Source: Lytechinus pictus
Lineage: Eukaryota
NCBI RefSeq assembly: GCF_037042905.1
Contig: NC_087250.1
Location: forward strand, 5,830,001-5,894,000
DNA: 64,000 nt
Reading direction: 5' to 3'
Made by a program: the position numbers and the translations under genes. Under the pieces are notes generated by a model. It saw only the letters and a list, made by a program, of their open reading frames with translations. It searched no databases and had not been told where the DNA came from. Below, one piece after another: positions 55,397-64,000 of the stretch (position 1 is its first letter; every line of letters starts with the position of its first letter).

Positions 55397-56475
55397 ATTA
55401 AGGAAAAGAAGAAGTGTTCGACTTTTGAACAGTGACTCTGTACGGGTGGGAAGCTGCAGCAGAGCGTGTCAAACGGACTTTGGGGGGCCAAGGGGGGGGG
55501 GGGGTTCCAGACAACTCAAGAGATGGTTTCAGGAAGAAGTGGCGATAGAAGGTACTGAGAGATGCATCATTAATGTGCTTGAGTGGAGAAAGCCTAACCT
55601 TGGAAGGGTCTTCAATTCTCAGGAGGCGGAGTGCTTTCCGCTGTAACCTATTAAGAAGTATGAGTACACCGGTACCAGCTCCAGCCCAAAGCGAACATGG
55701 GTACTATATTAGGGGCTAATAGAAGGTTTGAAGATTGTGAATCTTGCCTTGAATAGAAGGAGCCCTCTCGAGCAGCCAAGCATGTCTAACCTTTTCGCAA
55801 CATTTTTGGTAAGGCATGTTACGTAGGTCAAAGTGTTAGCGATGGTGACGCTATAGGTTGATACGCTTTGTTGGTTTTAAGGCTGAGTTCATGAAGTTGA
55901 GAGGAGGAAGATGGGTCTGATACTGGAATGAAAATTGCTTTCATTTTGACCCGCTTTTTTATCGATTTTATTGCGATCAGTAAGCTTTATTGCGCGCAGT
56001 AACCTCGATCCGTCTTTTGTGTAATCGATTCAAATATTTTCAATTCTTTATGTCTTGCGTTTCTTCTCTTTTTTGTCTTTAAAACTGTGTCACGGATACC
56101 AAATTTACGTCATTATTCATTTAAAAATAATGTCTATTATATTGATTATATTTATCATATTCACATGATATTATCGTCACACGAACTAGTTATTTGTTAC
56201 TTTTGTTTCAAGTACGCTATATATTAAAGGGATGCATGGTCCGAAATGAAAATATTTACATCGAAATAAAAAGAGTAAATTTCACATCGAAATAAAAAGA
56301 GCAAATTGCACTTAGCAAAAGATCTTACATGTACTAGTTTCCAAAGACTAAATAGTAGACAAAACATTTTAATAAGACCTAAACCAACTGGTCCACAACG
56401 ATTGATTACAACAATATGTCACTTTTTTCTAATCGATTAAAGTTCAATTCGATAGTGCTCCCTATTTCCAGAGTA

Positions 56476-56646
56476 TGTGTGTGTATTTGAGTTTTGTCAG
56501 ACGTGTATCAATCAGATATGATTATTTACGTCTGGGACCGACCTTTAACGTCACCATCCGAAAGACGTGACCAGGGCTCGAACCTCTGCATCAAATTGTA
56601 ACTTCCCCGCATAGCTTGGATTACAGGCGCACGCCACAACGCCCAG
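56476..56646 (-). mobile_element. SINE with a 7SL-RNA (Alu-domain)-like head and (ca)n tail
   Basis: Minus strand reads ctgggcgttgtggcgtgcgcctgtaatccaagctatgcgggga, then ggttcgagccc. Sister units show the empty site. Confidence 0.85.
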
Positions 56647-59509
56647 TAGGAAGGGTCGATATCATTAATAACAATACAAATAGCTTCTTTTAATAGTTGT
56701 ATTTGTAACAAGTCCATTATTATTCAATTGTGACAACACAACTTAGAAAAAAAAATTAAATTAATTTTCGTTACTTATTTGAATTTATCACAACTGTTAA
56801 TTTTTATTATTTTAATTGTTATAAATCATGATGCTTCACAATATTTTTCATAAATCTTGTTTACTTTAAATTTTAATTTAGGAGGAGAAATTATCTATTG
56901 TGCATAGTTTTCCTTCATATACAATACTCTCGTCCTTTCATGCAGTAATTATCAATTTTCAGGTGGCAGTGTTTGCTTCCAGACAATTTGGGAAAGTAGA
57001 CTTATTCAGGAAAAGTTAGAATTGCCAAAATTCCAGGAAATTTCGGGGAATCCGAAAATTACAAAGGGGATGTATGTGCTGGCAGGAAGTGAATTCTACA
57101 GCCTTGTCGTCCTCCTTGGGATATGATTAAGGAAAAGAAGAAATGTTCGACTTTTGGACAGTGTCTCTGTACGGGTGGGAAGCTGCAGCAGAGCGTGTCA
57201 AACGGACTTTGGGGGGGGGGGATTCCAGACAACTCAAGAGATGGTTTCAGGAAGAAGTGGCGATAGAAGGTACTGATATGAGAGATGCATCATTAAGGTG
57301 CTTGAGTGGAGAAAGCCTAACCTTGGAAGGGTCTTCATTTCTCAGGAGGCGGATTGCTTTCCGCTGTAACCTAACAAGGCGTTCAAATACACTGGTACCA
57401 GCTCCAGCCCAAAGCGAACATGGGTACTATATTAGGGGCTAATAGAAGCTTTGAAGATTGTGAATCTTGCCTTGAATAGAAGGAACCCTCTCGAGCAGCA
57501 GAGCATATCTTACCTTTTCGCAACATTTTTGGTAAGGCATGTTACGTAGGTCAAAGTGTTGGCGATGGTGACGCTAAGTAGGGTGATACGCTTTGTTGGT
57601 TTTAAGGCTGAGTTCATGAAGTTGAGAGGAGGAAGATGGGTCTGATACTGGAATGATAATTGCTTTCATTCTGACCCGCTTTTTTATCGATTTTATTGCG
57701 ATCAGTAAGCTTTATTGCGCGCAGTAACCTCGATCCGTCTTTTGTGTAATCGATTCAAATATTTTCAATTCTTTACGTCTTGCGTTTCTTCTCTTTTTTG
57801 TCTTTAAAACTGTGTTACGGATACCAAATTTACGTCATTATTCATTTAAAAATAATGTCTATTATATTGATTATATTTATCATATTCACATGATATTATC
57901 GTCACACGAACTAGTTATTTGTTACTTTTGTTTCAAGTACGCTATATATTAAAGGGATGCATGGTCCGAAATTAAAATATTTACATCGAAATAAAAAGAG
58001 TAAATTACACATCGAAATAAAAAGAGCAAATTTCACTTAGCAAAAGATCTTACATGTACTAGTTTCCAAAGACTAAATAGTAGACGAAACATTTTAATAA
58101 GACCTAAACCAACTGGTCCACAACGATTGATTGCAACAATATGTCACTTCTTTCTAATCGATTGAAAGTTCTATTCGATAGTGCTCCCTATTTCCATAGC
58201 AGGAAGGGTCGATATCATTAATAACAATACAAATAGCTTCTTTTAATAGTTGTTTTTGTAACAAGTCCATTATTATTCAATTTTGACAACACAATTTAGA
58301 AAAAAATTAAATTAATTTTAAATACTTATTTGAATTCATCACAACTGTTATTTTCTATTATTTTAATTGTAATAATTTTTGATGCTTCACAATATTTTTC
58401 ATAAATTTAGTTTACTTTAAATTTTAATTTTAGAGGAGGGATTATCCATTGTGTATAGTTTTCCTTCATATATAATACTCTCGTCCTTTCATCAGTAATT
58501 ATCAATTTTCAGGCGGCAGTGTTTGCTTCCAGACAATTTGGGAAACTAGACTTATTCAGGAAAAGTTAGAATTGCCAAAATTCCAGGAAATTTCGGGGAA
58601 TCCGAAAATTACAAAGGGGATTGATGTGCTGGCAGGAAGTGAATTCTACAGCCTTGCCGTCCTCCTTGGTATATGATTAAGGAAAAGAAGAAATGTTCGA
58701 CTTTTGGACAGTGACTCTGTACGGGTGGGAAGCTGCAGCAGAGCGTGTCAAACGGACTTTGGGGGGCCAAGGAGGGGGGGGGGGGATTCCAGACAACTCA
58801 AGAGATGGTTTCAGGAAGAAGTGGCGATAGAAGGTACTGAGAGATGCATCATTAAGGTGCTTGAGTGGAGAAAGCCTAACCTTGGAAGGATCTTCAATTC
58901 TCAGGAGGCGGAGTGCTTTCCCCTGTAACCTAACAAGAAGTTCAAATACACTGGTACCAGCTCCAGCCCAAATCGAACATGGGTACTATATTAGGGGCGA
59001 ATAGAAGCTTTGAAGATTGTGAATCTTGCCTTCAATGGAAGGAACCCTCTCGAGCAGCCAAGCATGTCTAACCTTTTCGCAACATTTTTGGTAAGGCATG
59101 TTACGTAGGTCAAAGTGTTGGCGATGGTGACGCTAAGTAGGGTGATACGCTTTGTTGGTTTTAAGGCTGAGTTTATGAAGTTGAGAGGAGGAAGATGGGT
59201 CTGATACTGGAATGAAAATTGTTTTCATTCTGACCCGCTTAGTAACGATTTTATTGCGATCAGTAAGATGTGTAATCGATTCAAATATTTCTAACGCATA
59301 AGACAGTGTAAAGAAAAGAAACACATTCTTTTATTTCTTTTGTTTTAAACACTGTGTTATGCATACAAAATTAACGTCATTATTTATCTAAAAATAGTTT
59401 CTATTATATTTATCATGTTCACATGGAATTATCGTCACACATACTAGTTATTTGTTACTTTTGTTTTAAGTATGCTATATATTAAGGGGATGGTCCGAAA
59501 TGAAAATAT

Positions 59510-60125
59510 GTATGTATGTGTGTGTATGTATGCGTGTGTACGGGTGTATTTGTATGTGTATATATGGGTGTATGGGTGTGTGTGTGTATGCATGTACGTA
59601 TATGCATACATATGTATATATGTGTTTGTATGTATGTGTAGACATAATATATATGCAGCAGATTAGCTTTGCATCCCTCTCCCTATCTCTATTTTTCTTT
59701 CTATATTCTAGGCAGTTGTCATCGTACTATTGTCCACCTCATGTTCTTGTGTTGTGTTGTGTCGTGTTATTGTCTTTGTCTCTGAATTTCGCAATCCTGT
59801 ATATAAGATTTGTTTTGCCCTTTTCGTTATCCTCATGTATTCCTTTACGTATATTTCAATATTCTTTGTATCTACAAGCTTTGCTTTTAAGTGGACCCCT
59901 CCATTCTTCTCATGATATATAATTATATTGATTTAATTATATCTAATTATATTGATTATATTAATTTAAACTTGACATGCATGTTAATTTATATTTGAAT
60001 CACGTATTGAATATGTATACCATTTATTCAATGTTGAATCTTGTTCATACTTTCGTTTAAATTGAATCAATTTATTTTGTACTTATTTGTGTTATGTTGA
60101 AGAATAAAAAATAAATTTAATTGAA
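59510..60125 (+). mobile_element. Probable retroelement 3' tail inserted in an array unit
   Basis: Flanked by the direct repeat tgaaaatat, ends in aataaa and (aattg)n, absent from other units. Confidence 0.6.
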
Positions 60126-60848
60126 TTGAAAATATTTACATCTAAATAAAAAGAGTAAAATTCACGGAGCAAAATATGTTACCTGTACTTGTATCCAAAT
60201 ACTAAATGATAAACCAAACATTTTAATAAAATCTAAACTAACTGGTCCGCCACAACTGATTGCAACAATTCATCACTTCGTTGTAATCGATCAAAGCATA
60301 AAGAAATAGTGCTCCCCATATTTCTGAAAATAAGGGTCAATATCATACATAACAATACAAAAAGCTTTTTTCAATATTTAAATTTTAAAAAGTTTCTTAT
60401 TATTCAATTGTGATGACACAATGTAGAATCATTTTTTATTTTTATTTTTTACTCATTTAGATTTATTACAACTGTTTATTTTTACTTTTCTTTTATTTTA
60501 TCAATAAAATAAATGCATGATAAAAAACACACGACACATCGAAATTATACTGGGATTTTACCCATTAATTTTGGAGGAGGAATTATCTACTTCGTATGGT
60601 TTCCTCTGTATAATATGCCCTCGCCCTTGCAACAGGGAATACCATTTTGAAGGGGTCTGTACTGATTCCCGGAAATTTGGGATTATTAGACTTTTTCCAG
60701 GAAAATTTTTGGGCAGTTACTCTAGAGGGTTGAGCAGCTGCAGTAGAGCGTGTCAAACGGATATTGGGGGCCAGGGGGGGGGGGGGGGGATTCCAGACAA
60801 CTCAAGAGAAGAAGTGGCGATAGAAGGTACTGAGAGATGCATCATTAA

Positions 60849-61440
60849 AGGTCAAGTCCACCCCAGGAAAATGCTGACTTGAATAAATAGAGAAAAATCA
60901 AACTAGCATAGGACTGAAAATTTCATCAAAATTTGATGTAAAATAAGAAAGTTATGACATTTTAAAGTTTCGCTTATTTTTCACAAAACAGTGATATGCA
61001 CAACTAGGTGAGTCAGTAGATGATGTCCATCACTCACTATTTCTTTTGTTTTTTATTGTTTGAAATATACAATATTTCATTTTTTATAGATTTGACAATA
61101 AGGACCAACTTGACTGAACCATATAGTATTAAACTACGCTAATTCCACATGTTCAGGGAGGAATTAATTGTTGTATCACTTGACAATGAGGAGAAAATTA
61201 GAATATTTCATATTTCCTATAATAAAATACAAAAGAAATAGTGAGTGGATGACGTCATCAGTCTCCTCATTTGCATACAGACCAGGATGTGCATATAACT
61301 GTTTTGTGAAATTAAGCGAAACTTTAAAATGTCATAACTTTCTTATTTTACATCCGATTTTGATGAAATTTTCAGTGTTATGCTTGTTGGATTTTTCTCT
61401 TTTTATTCAAATCAACTTTTTGTTGGGGTGGACTTGTCCT
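60849..61440. mobile_element. Kolobok-like MITE family 1
   Basis: TTAA duplication. Other units show the empty site catcattaaggtgc. Confidence 0.95.
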
Positions 61441-61584
61441 TTAAGGGCTTGAGTGGATAAAGCCTAACCTTGGAAGGATCTTCAATTCTCAGGAGGCGGA
61501 GTGCTTTCCGCTGTAACCTATCAAGAAGTATGAGTACAATGCGGTGCCAGCTCCAGTCCAAATCGGACATGCGTACTCCATTAA

Positions 61585-62180
61585 AGGGGAATCCAACCCA
61601 AATAAAAACTTGTTTTTATAAGGAAAAGAAAAATCAGACAAGTTGATAGGTGAAAGTTTGAACAATATTGGACTAACAACAAGAAAGTTATGATTTTTTA
61701 AAAGTTGTAAATATTGGTAATCACTATACCCATGGAGACTTCAAATTGGCCGCATATGGGGTGTCATAGTGATGTAAGGCAAGGACTACTCTTCCATATA
61801 CTCCAATACATATTTTGGCTAAAATGTAATTTTTTCCAAAAGTTTTATTTCATATTATATTTTTCTTTCATGAGGACATAAAAACAATATTCTACCTGGG
61901 TTATATTTAGATTACTTCCCCGGGGGAATGGGTACTTAAGAGAAAACCACAAATCCCTGATAATAAAGTACATGGCCTATGGGAAAGTTGTCCTTGCCCC
62001 TTGTCATAATTTACTTATCCAGTTGCCAATTTGAAATCTACATAGTATTAGTGATCTCAATTTTAAAGCAGCTATAACTTTTTGATTGCTTGTCTGATTT
62101 CTTTCAAACTTTCACCATTCTGTTAAATTTATTTTTCTCCTTCCCAACACAACATTTTATGGCAAAGGCTGGATTCCCCT
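61585..62180. mobile_element. Kolobok-like MITE family 2, opposite orientation
   Basis: ttaa|aggggaatccaacc ... ggctggattcccct|ttaa. Confidence 0.9.
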
Positions 62181-62202
62181 TTAAGGGCCTTATGTGAGCC
62201 CC

Positions 62203-62491
62203 GGGCCCCGTCTTACAAAGAGTTACGATTGATCCAATCAATATCATTGTAACTGTATGGAAATCCATCAGTGTCATATTTTTTTCTGCAGGAAATGTGC
62301 ACAATGTCAATGCCCTTTGTAAACAAAGAAAAGCACAGTGAATTTTCAAGACAACAATAAATGCATGAACACATACATCTTAGCTAGAAAATATTTTGAA
62401 CAAGCATGCATAATAGATGTTGACATTGCTGGCCGTCCATAGTTACGATCGATCGATCGGATCAGTCGCAACTCTTTGTGAGACGGGGCCC
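62203..62491. mobile_element. Harbinger-like MITE
   Basis: gggccccgtcttacaaagagtt / aactctttgtgagacggggccc. Confidence 0.85.
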
Positions 62492-62852
62492 TGAGGTTTG
62501 TGACTATCGCATACTGGAATGGAAGGAGATATGACTGGTCAGAAACCATAAACAGTAGCGACTGATTCATGCCAGACCAGCCCTGAATAGGCAACCTAAA
62601 TAGGCATTTGTTCACCAGTAGGTACGAGCTTTAAAGACAGACATTTTTCCCTACTTGTAATGTGCCTCATTTTCCTGTTCTTCTTTCTATAAATTTTGTT
62701 TTTGTTTTCTAAGCGCCTTGAGCATCTAATCATACTGAAAATCATGGTAATCTTTTAAAGGCTTAATCGTCATGGCCGTGGGTAGATGTGTGTGTGTGTG
62801 TTTGAGTTTTGTCAGACGTGTATCAATCAGTGTTATAACCCTTAGGCAGCAC

Positions 62853-63107
62853 CAGTGGCGTACCTAGGATTTTCCACAGGGGGGGGGGGCAAACAAAATC
62901 GGCCGCCAAAAAAATTGACAAGCAAAAAAAAAAAAAAAAAAAAAGGTCTTCAAGTTCGTCAGGGGGGGGGGGGGGGGGGCAATAAAGGTCTTAAAGCTCG
63001 TCAGGGGGGGGGGGCAAAAAAGGTATTTCAAGCTCGTCAGGGGGGGCAGGGATATGTTTTTGGTATGGGTTGTGGCTACCCCCCCCCCCCCCGTAGGTAC
63101 GCCAGTG
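62853..63107 (+). mobile_element. hAT-like MITE (cagtggcgtacctagg family)
   Basis: Perfect 8-bp TSD ggcagcac at 62845-62852 and 63108-63115. Confidence 0.9.
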
Positions 63108-63292
63108 GGCAGCACCCCCTGGAAACGTGTAGTGACATGCTGAATAGCAATAATACAACAAAAATCATCTTAATTTTTTCACGATTTTTTTATGCTTGTC
63201 ATTTTTTGATAATTTCATAATTGAACTCAGCGCACCCCCTGTTAAAAAAAAAAAAATCGTTTCCAGGGTACTGTTCTATGAATTACTTATGT

Positions 63293-63810
63293 GGAGTGTT
63301 GTGGCCCAGTGGATTAGTCTCCGGACTTTGAAACAGAGGGTCGTGGGTTCGTATCCAAGCCATGGCGTAATTTCCTTCAACAAGAAATTTATCCACACTG
63401 TGCTGCACTCAACCCAGGTGAGGTGAATGCAGTAGCGTACCTAGGATTTTCCACAGGGGCGGCAAAATCGTCCGCCAAAAAATTTGACAAGCACAAAAAA
63501 GGTCTTCAACCACAAATAAATGATTTCGTACCAGAAAAAAAATTGACAAGCCAAAAAAAATAAAAATAAAAAAGGTCCTCAACAGGATATAAAGGACATT
63601 TCGCACCAGAAAAAAAAAATTCAAAGGAAGGGGCCACTGGTGGCTCGTAAGGAGGGGGGGGGGGCAGGGATACGTCATTTGCATGGGTTGTGACTCGTCG
63701 GGGGGGCAGTCTGCCCCCCTGCGTGAATGGATACCTGGCAGGAATTTATTCCTTGAAATGCAATAAGAGCTGGAAGGCTGTTCGAGCTACAGCTGGGGTA
63801 ATAATATCAA
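63293..63810 (+). mobile_element. tRNA-derived SINE (same family as 2013-2310) interrupted by a hAT-like MITE at 63430-63721
   Basis: Head ggagtgttgtggcccagtggattag...gggttcgtatcc. gtgaatg is duplicated around the MITE. Confidence 0.9.
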
Positions 63811-64000
63811 GAAGATTCTATGACTGGAGTTCCAACAGGCAATAAATTTGTTCAAGCAGCTGTTCATTTCTAAAGAAGCACAAAAGGAAGAACGGCAATA
63901 AGGACCCTTTTAATGTCCACCTTCGAAGCCGCCAGTTTCAGTGAAGAAATCCGATGGGTGAAATTTTACGAATATTCATTTGTATCAATTTTCCATCTTT

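Larger units (their letters stand above)
44600..61580. repeat. Tandem array with a ~1545-bp unit, about 8 copies, containing a decayed minus-strand CR1/Jockey-group LINE fragment
   Basis: Marker agcgtgtcaaac near 45822, 48270, 49817, 52640, 55463, 57192, 58742 and 60747. Minus-strand translation LSVTIANTLT..AKRLDML..FKASIRP..IWAGAGT..RLQRKALRL. Confidence 0.95.

Noticed and set aside
56600..56646. Human Alu contamination
   Set aside because: Only about 45 nt resemble Alu/7SL. The body and (ca)n tail are not Alu, and the element is integrated in local repeats with other copies in the window.
63293..63365. tRNA-like sequences here and at about 2240-2310, 15901-15971, 38240-38494 and 42385-42458 as real tRNA genes
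   Set aside because: Acceptor stems are imperfect and the sequences continue into repeat bodies, so they are treated as SINE heads.

Overview
AT-rich, repeat-dense animal genomic DNA. It is not prokaryotic. The repeat families suggest a sea urchin or other echinoderm, which is inference only. Most ORF-track entries are spurious or transposon-derived. Reading splice sites by hand gives one plus-strand gene that the ORF track breaks up: seven phase-compatible exons between 1835 and 36152, about 318 aa. It encodes an N-terminal PDZ domain and a C-terminal interleukin-1-like beta-trefoil with a recognisable IL-1 family signature, i.e. an invertebrate PDZ-IL-1 cytokine-like gene. Its introns carry a 7.2-kb TIR element, a Penelope element with an inverted pseudo-LTR and minimal hammerhead ribozymes, a young 5'-truncated L1/Tx1 element and many nested MITEs. 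Downstream of the gene are an R4/Dong-like LINE fragment, a ~1.55-kb-unit tandem array (about 44.6-61.6 kb) built around a decayed LINE fragment, and a SINE with a 7SL-RNA-like head. All alignments were made by eye and no database searches were run.
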